Shown in pieces: positions 1 through 11,460 of a DNA stretch of 29,453 nt. Positions within the stretch are counted from its first letter, which is position 1. Each line of letters begins with the position of its first letter. The notes under the pieces were generated by a model. That model was not told the DNA's origin. It was given only the letters and a program-made list of their open reading frames with translations, and searched no databases. The position numbers and the translations under genes are program-made. Origin of the DNA: Tubiluchus corallicola (taxonomy: Eukaryota; Animalia; Priapulida); assembly GCA_030141605.1 (NCBI GenBank), contig JAQGDQ010001686.1:1-29453 (forward strand), written 5' to 3'.

Positions 1-229
1 CATAATTTAACAGCCGAAAATATCTACACAAAATATTACCAAAAAACTTAGATTGTTTTAGCCTATGTTTGAGTTTTCAAGACGAAAATTTTACACACAT
101 CTTTATCTTTTTTCGTTTGCGTGTGGCAATATGGTGTATCTTTGGGCAAGATCCTTTAAGATGAAAGTCTTTTTTGACAGACTGAATGAAAATGCTAAAG
201 TCTGCAAACATTTACTAATTTTTCATTAT

Positions 230-350
230 CCAAACCGATCTGTATATTCGATCCAAATATAGCTAACCTATCTGGATATAATCCGAATCCGGAAGTCAAT
301 TTGAGGAAATATTCAATAACATCGGATATTCGCTATCCGGAGCAACACTA
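230..350. mobile_element. One end of a hAT-like non-autonomous DNA transposon (other end not identified)
   Basis: Ends ...ATCCGGAGCAACACTA (reverse complement TAGTGTTGCTCCGGAT) with clustered ATCCG/CGGAT subterminal motifs. The partner TIR was not seen. Confidence 0.4.
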
Positions 351-1741
351 GTAACAATGTCTAAGAACCATTTAAACATAATAGGGCATCGTTCTGAGCC
401 GCGCGTAGCTTTGAAAGTTTAACAAAATTTGATTATCTGTATCTGAGATAATTATTATTTAATCTAAAATTTTGATTTAAAAAAAGCTGTTGTAGTTTTC
501 AATATTTTCGGGCATTCTTTATTGTGAACTAATGCTGACACAATCGTCCAGTTTTCTTTTAAACACTTATTATTGTGACTAAAAACTTCTAAACTTTTTA
601 TTCCAATAAATCTGCTAGTAAATAGATACGTGATTAAATTTTTGTTAGCTCTATAAGGTAAATATATCTAACTATGCTCATTTCCCCAAAGACGGTCTTG
701 TTGAGATATGCTGACTTTACTAATATCTTTATTGATGACACCAAACTATGCTACACAGGTGAGGTTTGTCAAGTGCAGAATTTGTAAATACAGCACCTCG
801 AACGTTGAAATTATCATACTTAACAGATAGATCTCCCGCATAAGTGCTGGATTTTGACTTCACTATTTCTCTTCTTCACATATGCATAAAAATTGACGGG
901 GCTATTACTTTCAATTTTGTTTTGATTAGTAATCTAGGCCTAGACGATTCAGTGTAGTTGTTCAGATTCAGATTTTTCAGCATTTTTGATTTTTCTAAAT
1001 AATCTTGCAAAAATATTATTGTGTTCACTTGGTACGTGTTCTCCTCCTTTTACGTTTTTTTCATTGTAAGCATTATTCAATCTGTTTTATTTGTGTTTGT
1101 CATGTAATCTGTTGCTTAAGTTAGTTTTTTTTGTAGTTTTTATAATTAACCCCATTACCATCACCAGGATTTTTCTTCTGAAAATAACTAATATGTTATT
1201 AGTCAGCTTCGTATCATACATAATTAGTAAATCTATTAATACTGTAATTTTCTAAGTAATAATAAAATTAATATATTGTACTGAGTTTACGCAATTTTAC
1301 CAGGCAGAGTGATATGTTCAGAGCATACATAGAACGTGAAGTGTGCACACGCTGCTATGAAAACCATCCAAACAAATAATAATTATAATAAACAACACAA
1401 AATGCTTTAACTGTTTTAATCACAAATTTGGCAAATTTTTGCGAAATTAATCTGCGAAAAACGTCACCATGGTCACACAGTGTACGATAAAACTGATGAC
1501 GTCATGCATTCAAGTTGAATTTGTTGCACAACTCACCCAACAGGATTGACACATTATAATATTAGGGAAAGAGGAAAATAATAAGACATAAAATAGACAG
1601 ACAGATAGAGATATATATCGTCTTTTTCACCACATATTTGCATGTCATATATGATACAAAAATAGTAGATAACCTGACAGGTATCTTCAAAAGAATGCAC
1701 TGATCTTCAATGATGGTGACAATAGATCATTATTACAGAAA

Positions 1742-2525
1742 CCATCATCATCTCTGGAGTCACACGTCCTCTGACATGACCCCTGCAATCACTCTAGTAA
1801 ATGCTGTCCTGTCACCCGCAGCCGCCCATGTCTCTGTATTTTTTATATGTAATGGTGCATTGATAAGTTCTTTTTGGATCAAATTGATGTAAGTCAGCAG
1901 CTGTCCTCCTTGCAGTTCATTTCTTGACGCTGTGCTTCTTTAAAAGTTAATTTTAATAGGCTGTCATCTGGTAGTCATATAACGAGTCCTGCACTTCTCC
2001 TTTCGATTTTGACTGTCCATTCCTCTGCACTGACTTTATTATACAAATCCCGGCTTGATATCTTGTTTGGCCATTTTATTCCAAGAATGTTCCTATAGTT
2101 TCTTCTTTGAAATGCATTAATTTCTGATTTGTGTTTTGAATGTACATAATTTTGAGATGTAGTGAAACACAGTTTCCACAAGTGTAGCAAAGATTCTCAA
2201 TTTTGTTTCTAGACTGATCCTCTTACTTTTAAAATTTTTTGTTAATACACAGCCAGTTCCTGATACATGTTCACCTGTTGCTTGAAGACTGCCTAAGTAT
2301 TTGCATTTTCTTTTTATGTGATACTTTATTGTTGCATTTGTGCTATAAATATTGTTTTAAAGATAAACAAACCTTTTGAATTGAATTGAATATTCTTCTG
2401 TTTTATCTTTATTTAGTATGACATCTATTTATTTTAATTTTGTTTCTATTTTGATTTTGATATTTTCTATTTCATCTTTGGTTCTTGCCATCCATGCAAT
2501 ATCATCAGCATATTGCAGGTCTATT
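1742..2525 (-). mobile_element. Degraded, 5'-truncated RTE-like LINE ORF2 fragment
   Basis: The reverse strand gives LQYADDIAW (~2492-2519, RT active-site motif), KCKYLGS (~2290-2310) and INAFQRRNYRNILGIKWPNKISSRDLY. It is broken by stops and frameshifts and has a short TGA-repeat tail near 1742-1750. Confidence 0.82.
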
Positions 2526-3349
2526 GTTGTCGGGCATGAAAAACTATGACAAAAACTATATTGTAACTGCAACAAATCATATGGTAGAATCAAATAAAAC
2601 AGATTGAATAATGCTTACAATGAAAAAGAAACATAAAATAAGGAGAACCAACTACCAAGCAAACGCGGTAAACCTAGGAATCTCAGTCTAAGTGGTGGAA
2701 GGGCCTCAAAATCACACACTTGGTTTGCGATCACATGTCATGAATTTCGCTAAAGAGTAGCGTTTCCGCAAATACTAATGTAGTAAACTTTATAATAAAG
2801 AGTGAGTGGCAGCTTATAAATTGGTCGTGCCTCTTTATCAGTCAAGTCTATATTTTCAGGAAAAGCTGTGATTGTTGTAAGTAAGACAGTTTAGTATTCA
2901 GACACTTCAAGTTAATCCAGTTTGAAAAGTAGAATAGAAGTGTAGGTACTTTTTACATACAACTAGTACAAGCATGGTTATTTGTAGACATTTGCTATGT
3001 GTTTTTTACTCTCGGTGTAGTGCTCTGCTAAGAGTAGCCTCTAAGTTTTAAATACTAATAAATTGTAAAATTTTAATTATATTTTTACCCTTTCTTTCCC
3101 ATTTGCTATATGATTGTTATAATTCCATAATCCGGACCAGAGATGGGGGTATGAGCATAAATGTTATTTACCCATCCACTATGCCGAATTAGCTTAAACT
3201 GAAATTTTAAATAGAGTGGCACCACCACAGATAGAAGAAGGTATTTTGCTGTTGTCTTTATGAGGCTTAGTTTGTAAACTTGTGCATTTTATTTTTTGTC
3301 TTGGGCTTACAATTGTTTTTGTTGCTGGAGTAGTGTAGTGCTGTGTGTT

Positions 3350-4444
3350 ATGATGGAGAGCCCAGGGATGTCTGCACAACAAGCGATGCGCTTGGCTATT
3401 GCAGTTTCTGCGGTGAAGCGGCGTCCAGCAAACATGAGTGCACAGCAGTACATCAAGAACCTAATAGAACACATACAAGCAGTTAAAGACAAAGAGTCTT
3501 CTGCAAGTTCTCGTAAACTTGAGGCAAAAGTGTTAAGTTTAGAGCAAGAATTGTTTATACTAAAATCAAATGCCGGTCCATGCAGTGAGTGTAACGTAAA
3601 TGTGACTAGTGAATCAACCTTTCATGAAAGCTGTGACTCGCATGCTTGTTTTAATGCATCTCATCAGAGCGATGTCGTTGATTTTAGCGATGAGACATGT
3701 ACGGAAAGTCACTTAAAATTTTTGTTGAACGTTTTACATTTGACGCAGTTGGGAAAACGTGATGTTCTAAATGATTCTGAGACTCAAAGACTTGTTCAAT
3801 GTACAATTGCTTCTTCACTTGATTTAGTTTTTAGCAACACGCCTTCTGCGAATGAAAAATTACGCTCTCTTGCACAGCATATTGTAAAAATTATAGCATA
3901 TTTGTCAGACCAGACTGTCCTAAATGGCTGTTATCAGCAAGCAACTATTGACAAATGCATGTCATTTTATCGGTCTGTTTTACAAAATTTAATCAGTTAC
4001 GATTCTTCGGTCAATCGTCGAGCTCTAACTGAAGCCTGTTGTCTGTGTCTATCAATGTTGTCTTCAAAGCTGCTCCGGAGGCCATTAATAGGCTATTTAT
4101 TTTCTACACTTCTGGAAAAAGTCCAAGAGATTACAGGCGCAGCGTCACTTTCGGATATAAATCCTGTTCTATTGGAAAATACCTGTGAAATTTTTAAGCT
4201 GATAGACAGCGCAGTTGATGCTGAAATAAAGGAATCGGAAAAACTAAGGACAGTATCATCTGCAGATGCTTCTCTTTTGCGATCAAAGTTGAAAACTATT
4301 CATTCCTGTGTTGTCGATGAATATCCTCTATTTACTGTGCCAATCTGGAAGATTATGTCAAAGCTCGATGCCTTATGTGGTCAGGATGCGGAGAAGCAAC
4401 CATCGAACATACTGGATTTATTTCCTGTTCCAAAAAGTAAATAA
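3350..4444 (+). CDS. MEI4: MEI4-like meiotic double-strand-break formation protein, single coding exon (~364 aa from ATG 3350)
   Basis: Uninterrupted ORF. The N-terminal RLAIAVSAVKRRPANMSAQQYIKNL, then KLEAKVLSLEQELF, resembles the recalled MEI4 N-terminus (KLALALAIIRSKPADKSSREYTEHL...LEAEVMQLRQKL). The C-terminal EYPLFTVPIWKI resembles the FPLF...W motif, and the length is similar. The track's start at 3296 is TTG; the first ATG is at 3350. AATAAA overlaps the stop codon. Confidence 0.78.
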   Translation: MMESPGMSAQQAMRLAIAVSAVKRRPANMSAQQYIKNLIEHIQAVKDKESSASSRKLEAKVLSLEQELFILKSNAGPCSECNVNVTSESTFHESCDSHACFNASHQSDVVDFSDETCTESHLKFLLNVLHLTQLGKRDVLNDSETQRLVQCTIASSLDLVFSNTPSANEKLRSLAQHIVKIIAYLSDQTVLNGCYQQATIDKCMSFYRSVLQNLISYDSSVNRRALTEACCLCLSMLSSKLLRRPLIGYLFSTLLEKVQEITGAASLSDINPVLLENTCEIFKLIDSAVDAEIKESEKLRTVSSADASLLRSKLKTIHSCVVDEYPLFTVPIWKIMSKLDALCGQDAEKQPSNILDLFPVPKSK

Positions 4445-4902
4445 ACTTTTTGCCAGAATTTTGTCCATTTATTTTTTGTGACAAGTTTTACAGTACTATC
4501 TTACTCTTTGTGGTCGTCTTTCACATGACTTGTTTCCGTGTGTTTATTAGTGTTTATTAGAGATTTAGGTGAGTATTAAAGTGGATAGTGGATGACAGTT
4601 TCAAATGGGTAATAATAAAATTAATATTACTACTAAACTTGATTGTTTACCAAGTGCAATTTAACTCATTAAATTAATGTTCAGACAACCAGATTTTATC
4701 ACAGACTGTTACCTGCACATGTCTACATCCATGCTTACTTCTTGTACTTTTCATATCTTACTAAAATTGTGTATTTAAGGCTAGAACAGTGAACTTTCTT
4801 GTTGCCAGTTATTATAATATCACGCACAAACCAATCTGCTTTATTTGTTTATAGTGCAATTTTATGGTGTTATTTCAGTTTGAGTTTCTCATTGTATGCT
4901 TG

Positions 4903-5363
4903 CAGTCTAGCCTCGTTATCTCGCCACTGTCCGTCTAGGGCAAATTTTTGGCGAGAGGCGAGTATGGCGAGATAACGGGGAATATAACGAAGTTAGTCTA
5001 TATGTACATACATAATAGTTGATTAACATAGAGTTTCTCTATGTACATATAAAATATATTTCGCATTATGATACCAATCAGCATTATTGTCTATCGAGTA
5101 CAGCAGCATTGTCTACATACAGCGGTTATATTGATCGACACGCGGTATATGTATTGATCAATTCACCTCTGAGTTTGTCTGTTTGGCGACATAACGAATA
5201 TAGTTTACTTAAGCACTCATCCTAGCATGACATGGCGAGGGCGAGAAGCGAGGGTGGCGACTTAACGAGGTAAATATCAAAGCAGGAAATCCATCCTGGT
5301 ACTTTCTATGGCGAGAGACGAGTTTGGCGGCATAACGAGGGGCGAGACAACGAGGCTAGACTG
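4903..5363. mobile_element. Tc1/pogo-like MITE (461 bp)
   Basis: TIRs CAGTCTAGCCTCGTTATCTCGCC / GGCGAGACAACGAGGCTAGACTG (1 mismatch). TA on the right flank, TG on the left. Internal GGCGAnATAACGAG-like repeats. Confidence 0.85.
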
Positions 5364-5401
5364 TATTTCGTCCCTAGATATTCTTGTTATAACTGAAATT
5401 A

Positions 5402-5529
5402 AAAGGGTGGCTGATTTGCTAACCTCTAGGGTTTTTTCGCCACCCTTTCTCTAATACTAACAATTTATTTTTGCCATGTAGTTGTTTTTGTGTGTATTAC
5501 AAGAGATAAATAAAATTATCTATATATCT
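5402..5529 (+). mobile_element. Probable LINE/SINE 3'-terminal remnant (stem-loop plus tail)
   Basis: 10-bp stem AAAGGGTGGC...GCCACCCTTT, then a T-rich tract, AATAAA and a TATC-like tail. Similar to the module at 23865-24060. Confidence 0.4.
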
Positions 5530-6429
5530 CCTAAAGGGATCAATTTTTGCCTCTGCATTTAAGAGTTAGCGTGAATTAAAATTGGATGCCCTAATGTTCA
5601 CATTCTGGCTCCTGTCTCAGGGCTTTAAACAATTCCAACTTTTTAAACAACACCATTGTCAAAGCCCTACTCCAGTGTCTACCACCTTATAATTTTTTTT
5701 TCTAGTTACTGTAGTTTTAAAGTTATTCAGTGTTATGTACTTTGCTCCAATCTCAGCTTTAAAGAATCCCAGCTTTTTGGTACATATCTATCCCACAATA
5801 TCTGAAAACTTTTGGAAAAAAATAGAATTATAATCTTAAATGTATGATTTAATTAAAGATGGCGTGATGAAATCAAAGTTGGACTCCAACTTTTTTCACG
5901 TCTTTTCTTTGTCATATTTTGATTAAAGTGATACATTGTGAGTTGATTTTGTCTTGAATGGATGTTGAATTGTGGTGCAAGTTTAGGAACTAATTTTTAT
6001 TACAATATTAACAGAGTGAGATTGAGCTTCTTGCATTGAACACAAAGCAACTTGGTTTGGTCAAATAATGACAAAGAAAGAAACATTTTTTAAGTTTTTA
6101 GTCACAGATCCTTGTTTTGTTCTTCTGCATTAAATAGTATCATTTTTATACAATACACATTGTAATTGTTGGTAATTTTTAGGTCGTTGAATTAGTTCTT
6201 TACGTTAATTGTGTTTATTTTTCTGAGTTTCTGTTGAAAGATTTAATTTAGTTTTGAAATTTATGTATTTGGTAGTTTTGCCACTCTTACTGTGAGTGTC
6301 AAGCATTTCTTGTTGATGTTTTTTAATTTACTTGATTTAAATTTTTTACTGTTCATTAAATGAATGAATAAATATTTTGATTTCACTTGTTAGTGTCAAA
6401 TAATGACTTACAAATATGTATCTTCTTAT

Positions 6430-7036
6430 TATAGGTTTTATATGTCAAATGTAGACCTGCGTTTACTCAAATGTAGATTTAGGTAGTCCAAGTGTGTCTT
6501 GGTAACTCAAATCTAGACTTAAGTAGTTCAAATGTGTTAACAATGGTTTTCAAGAAATCTTAAGTGCTTTTGGTAAGTCAAATGTAGACACATGTCAAGT
6601 CTAATGTGACATTGGTATCTCAAATGTGGATAGGTGGTAAAGTTTAAGGATGTTAAATTTAATCTTCTTTAATTTCAATTTAATAATTGCTTTAAGTTAA
6701 AATAGCAACGTTATAGGTTCACTAATATTCTGTAAAGTTTACATACCATTGGAACTGTTAGTGAAAACAATGCATTCTTAAAATAAACAATGTTTCTTGA
6801 GAGAAAATTGATGCTGCCCATAGCGCAATGACCATAAAATATATCTTTTTGGTTTTATCTTTTTGTAATTTACACTTAAATGAGTTAACTACCGATTTAT
6901 TCAAAGTAATGCATCTACATTTGACTTACCTAAGTCACATTTGAGTTACCACATTCGAGATTCCTTTGTCTGCATTTGACTTACCTAAGTCACATTTGAA
7001 CTTTCCTGTGTCTACATTTGACGTGTAAAACCTATA
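6430..7036. mobile_element. Foldback-type non-autonomous DNA transposon with modular subterminal repeats
   Basis: Outer inverted repeat TATAGGTTTTATATGTCAAATGTAGAC / GTCTACATTTGACGTGTAAAACCTATA. Several TCAAATGT(A)GAC-like motifs run head-to-tail on the left arm (6445-6630) and inverted on the right arm (6914-7022). Confidence 0.8.
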
Positions 7037-7731
7037 GTGCAGGGCTGTACTACTAAGTACATTTTGAAATACAAATTATTTACTTCTACTCTGCAAAGGT
7101 ACAAATTTAGTACTTACCCAAGAATCTTGTGATGTAAATTTTACATTTTAAAATCTCATTTTTTAACGGCAAAGATTTTATAAAAGCCATAATCATAATA
7201 ATTGTCTTTGGTAACCTATTGAAAGACTTGATATTAATCATTCACCGTGTGATACTGTGCTGCTCTGACATACTGTGAAACTTTATGTTATGCAGGTGAA
7301 GAATCTGGTAGAATGGAATGTGCTTAAAATTTGTGGCATTAGATACTCTACGAGAATCAGTAGTACTTTTATAATGTTGAACACAATGTAGTGATCCATA
7401 TGCTGTATGTCATATACATCGCATGTGTTGTATAAGTTTATCCGGTTTGCCTATTAAATTAACTTAACTTAGTGTGTTCAGGCTCGGCTCGATCAAACGT
7501 TCTCCACCTGGAATTATTCTCACAACTGACACACCAGTGTACCTGTGTATTACTGGAAACTAGAGTTGCCCATTTAGAAAAATTGTATTTTAAAATCTTA
7601 TTCGTAGTAAAAAAAACTAGTGAAGTCTCATTTATCCGCTTACCTAATTATGATGATTAACACAATTGTGACTGAATATTGCTATGTTTGATATGTATTA
7701 ACAAATTTTGGACAGCTCTCTTTACAAAACG

Positions 7732-9022
7732 GAGTACACAATGCTGTGCATAGTAGTAATGTGTGAGAGTACACAATGCTATGCATAGCAGTTTGTGAGA
7801 GTACACAATGCTATGCATAATAGCAGTTTGTGAGAGTACACAATGCTGTGCATAGTAGCAGTTTGTGAGAGTACACAATGCTGTGCATAGTAGCAATTTG
7901 TGTGAGTACACAATGCTGTGCATAGTAGCAATTTGTGAGAGTACACAATGCTGTGCATAGTAGCAATTTGTGAGAGTACACAATGCTGTGCATAGTAGCA
8001 GTTTGTGAGAGTACACAATGCTGTGCATAGTAGCAATTTGTGAGAGTACACACTGCTGTGCATAGTAGTAATTTTTGAGAGTACACAATGCTGTGCATAG
8101 TAGTAATTTTTGAGAGTACACAATGCTGTGCATAGTAGTAATTTTTGAGAGTACACAATGCTGTGCATAGTAGCAATTTGGGAGAGTACACAATACTGTG
8201 CATAGTAGCAATTTGGGAGAGTACACAATGCTGTGCATAGTAGCAATTTGTGAGAGTACACAATGCTGTGCATAGTAGCAATTTGTGAGAGTACACAATG
8301 CTGTGCATAGTAGCAATTTATGAGAGTACACAATGCTGTGCATAATAGCAATTTATGAGAGTACACAATGCTGTGCATAGTAGCAATTTGTGAGAGTACA
8401 CAATGCTGTGCATAGTAGCAATTTGTGAGAGTACACAATGCTGTGCATAGTAGCAATTTGTGAGAGTACACAATGCTGTGCATAATAGCAATTTTTGAGA
8501 GTACACAATGCTGTGCATAGTAGCAATTTGGGAGAGTACACAATGCTGTGCATAATAGCAATTTGTGAGAGTACACAATGCTGTGCATAGTAGCAGTTTG
8601 TGAGAGTACACAATGCTGTGCATAGTAGTAATTTTTGAGAGTACACAATGCTGTGCATAGTAGCAATTTGGGAGAGTACACAATGCTGTGCGTAGTAGCA
8701 ATTTGTGAGAGTACACAATGCTGTGCATAGTAGCAGTTTGTGAGAGTACACAATGCTGTGCATAGTAGCAATTTGTGAGAGTACACACTGCTGTGCATAG
8801 TAGTAATTTTTGAGAGTACACAATGCTGTGCATAGTAGTAATTTTTGAGAGTACACAATGCTGTGCATAGTAGCAATTTTTGAGAGTACGCAATGCTGTG
8901 CATAGTAGCAATTTGGGAGAGTACACAATACTGTGCATAGTAGCAATTTGGGAAAGTACACAATGCTGTGCGTAGTAGCAATTTGTGAGAGTACACAATG
9001 CTGTGCATAGTAGCAATTTGTG
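7732..9022. repeat. 35-bp minisatellite, ~37 copies (GTACACAATGCTGTGCATAGTAGCAATTTGTGAGA)
   Basis: Contiguous near-identical units with 35-nt period (e.g. 8221, 8256) and no spacers. Explains the five overlapping reverse ORFs. Confidence 0.97.
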
Positions 9023-9090
9023 TCTATAATTTTTCAAATCTGTAAACCACAGCTTGGATGACATTTGGTTACATTATTACTGGACAGGTC

Positions 9091-9225
9091 ATGACATGTT
9101 CAATCCAGCAAGTTCTGTCTGATGCCAGGAAGCTTGTCAGTCGTCTTCGTGAACATGACAGCAATGCCGACAATCTCATCGGCCAGACACAGCAACTCAA
9201 TAAAAAGATTGACAGTATGAGGCAG
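9091..9225 (+). CDS. FGFR1OP2: FGFR1OP2/SIKE-family coiled-coil protein, coding exon 1 (MTCSIQQVLSDARKLVSRLREHDSNADNLIGQTQQLNKKIDSMRQ)
   Basis: Manual translation matches the recalled family N-terminus (MSCTIEKALADAKALVERLRDHD). 135 nt, donor CAG|GTACG at 9226, and a possible acceptor AG at 9086-9087 just before the ATG. Confidence 0.92.
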
Positions 9226-9508
9226 GTACGTTAAAACCGCACTTAATCTATCAATACAGTAATTAAGATTAGTTGATTTAGTTAATAAAAATGAATCATA
9301 AAATTGGAATATGAAATTGCATTAATTTTGGTGATGTACGAAATACGTTGATCCCAGTATTATCCCTAATATTGCAGATATTATTGCAAGTTTTTATTAA
9401 AATTATTTTTGATTTATGATATTTTCTTACTGTAGAACATTGTGGAAGAGGATTGTACCACTTAAAATTTTGATGTATAAATATATATGTTTTAATATCT
9501 TTATATAG

Positions 9509-9616
9509 TATCAAGAAGAAGCTGATGATGTGGTGGAGATTTTACCTCAAGTTCCTCATCAGACCTTCATCTTTGGTTTGCAGCATGAAAATAGACATAT
9601 TAAGGAACTGCAGGAG
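9509..9616 (+). CDS. FGFR1OP2: FGFR1OP2-family coding exon 2 (YQEEADDVVEILPQVPHQTFIFGLQHENRHIKELQE)
   Basis: Acceptor TATAG| and donor GAG|GTAT, 108 nt, phase 0/0. Matches the family YQEE...GIQQENRQIRELQ. Confidence 0.9.
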
Positions 9617-9727
9617 GTATATTAGTCTAAGTTTTAACTGTTACAAGAAAAATTGCTGCTTTAAGTGTTACTGTGTAGCTCGAACGCCAGAAACTAATGG
9701 TTCGCTGAAATGGAAATCAATCAGTAG

Positions 9728-10215
9728 TTAAAGTAAAACCGGATCCAATCTTAGACTGCAGGTCAAAACAATCTGCTCTTCAAAATATTGAAAGGAAACA
9801 CAATTTTTTTTCGCAAATGACTTACGTGAAAGAATTATTGCCACTCAAATACAATTTCACATTCGCGCCACTAGTTCTTCGTCGTCACATGCATTTCATC
9901 ATTCTCTAGTTAGACGGGCACTAGCGCCAGTATTTTGGAAATGTATTGCACAAAAAATGGGTGCTGTACCTCACAGTTCAGATGTGTTAGTTTGTGATGA
10001 ACTACACACGTTTGACAGCTCATGTACGAGCACAGCGGTAAATTTGAAATTTGAATTTTTATCTAAACCATGCCTAGTTTTAATACAACACACTATATGT
10101 CTTACAGCAGCACTGTACTTCAATTTTCACTTTCGCAAACACGTGCAACACGCTCGTGGAATATTTTTGCTGTTGAAAATTATGTTAGTTTGTGATGTCA
10201 TCAATAGTTGGCCTC
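9728..10215 (+). mobile_element. Dispersed repeat copy A, probable non-autonomous DNA transposon starting TTAA-AG (possibly Kolobok-like); may extend to TTAA at ~10389
   Basis: Colinear and highly similar to 25837-26313 in the same orientation. Both start TTAAAGTAAA and contain repeated GTTAGTTTGTGA. The superfamily is inferred from the terminus only. Confidence 0.7.
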
Positions 10216-10478
10216 GCCCGCCGTTAATTAAGTTTTTAATCTATTGTTTAATTATCAGAAACACTTTTGCAGTATTAATTGTGGTAAAATGTATACTTTT
10301 TATCGGACTTGAAAGTGGGGTAGCATATGAAAAGTCAATAAACGACAAAGAATTTAGTTTTTTGCTTTATTTCAACAGTTTTGTTTTAACAGCAACATGT
10401 TATTACTTACTGTACATCCAGTGTTTGAAGAAAATCATACATAACTGTGTAACTGAGGGTGTTTATTAAATATTGCAG

Positions 10479-10616
10479 GAAAACAGAGAGTTGCGTATTG
10501 CGTTGGATGAGCACCAGTCTGCTTTGGAATTAATTATGAGCAAGTATAGGCAACAGATTTTGAAATACATGGCTAGACCCGTCTACAATTCACCTGAGAA
10601 AATTGATACTTCGGAG
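10479..10616 (+). CDS. FGFR1OP2: FGFR1OP2-family coding exon 3 ([46 protein letters not shown])
   Basis: Acceptor TGCAG| and donor GAG|GTTTGT, 138 nt, phase 0/0. Contains the hallmark [14 protein letters not shown]. Confidence 0.93.
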
Positions 10617-10727
10617 GTTTGTCTAAATATTGTTTAAATATAGTATAAGCTGTATAACATCATTATAGTGAATGTGGTTTAATGCAAACTCACAGAAAGG
10701 AACAGACTTTTGTTTTTTTTAAAAATA

Positions 10728-11199
10728 CAGTCAACCTCGGACATAAGGGACACCTCGGGACCGGAAAAAGCCATGCTTTATATCTGATGTCTCTTATAGC
10801 CGAAGTTGAGTCAGATCGAGGGTGTATCTAGACCTGTACTTTTACCCATATTTTTATGGATTATTGCTACGCATTCAGTGCAAACGGTATGTAGGAAGTT
10901 CCTCCAGTGATGCGATATGTATGTGACTGAGGAAACCCAGCTGTTCGAAGGCCGAGTTTGCCAAAAATTCAGGTTAAAAATCGATCGATTTCACTTCGAA
11001 CACAGGGTCTCTTACATGTGAGGTAATTTACCTGGGTTTCTATTGCGCGGGACCTGAAGATATCGTCCCTTATAACCGAAAGTCCCTTATATCCGAGTAC
11101 CTTATATATGAAGATTTTCAAGTTGGAAAGCGTTACGAAATATCGGGACCGGTGTTGGTGGTCCCTTATAAGCGAGTGCCTTATACCCGAGGTTGACTG
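10728..11199. mobile_element. pogo/Tigger-like MITE copy 1 (472 bp) in FGFR1OP2 intron
   Basis: TA|CAGTCAACCTCGG ... CCGAGGTTGACTG|TA with internal CTTATATCCGA-like repeats. A second, inverted copy lies at 17844-18330. Confidence 0.92.
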
Positions 11200-11361
11200 T
11201 ACTATAATAGCTTTGAGTACAGTGTACTTGCTTATTGCGTATGTCAGGCTTTTTCTGTGTTGTTATGTAATATAAGTTTTTATTGCGTATTTTACCTTTG
11301 CGAGCCGTGTGCCAATTAATTAACAGCTAAATTTAACCCGTCATTCCTGGTGTGGCAAAAT

Positions 11362-11460
11362 GTTGACATGTCGTGGCAGCATGCAGGGTTGTTGAAGTGT
11401 CGTGGCAGCATGCGGAGTCGTTGACACGTCGTGGCAGCACGCGGGGCCGTTGACATGTCA
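11362..11460. repeat. 29-bp tandem repeat, ~3.4 copies (GTTGACATGTCGTGGCAGCATGCAGGGTT)
   Basis: Three visible units sharing GTCGTGGCAGCA, plus a partial fourth. Confidence 0.8.

Noticed and set aside
3296-3349. N-terminal extension of the MEI4-like ORF
   Set aside because: It starts at TTG, which is not a normal eukaryotic start. Similarity begins after ATG 3350.
7732-9022. CRISPR array (35-bp repeats)
   Set aside because: The units are contiguous with no unique spacers, there are no cas genes, and the context is eukaryotic.
7657-9064. Cys/His-rich repeat proteins (ORFs of 165-409 aa)
   Set aside because: All three reverse frames give the same 35-aa cycle because the 35-bp unit lacks stops on that strand. 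Variants show no frame preference.
9957-10469. 170-aa ORF with a paralogue at 26147-26467
   Set aside because: It lies in a dispersed repeat. The two copies differ by frame-breaking indels and there is no recognisable domain.
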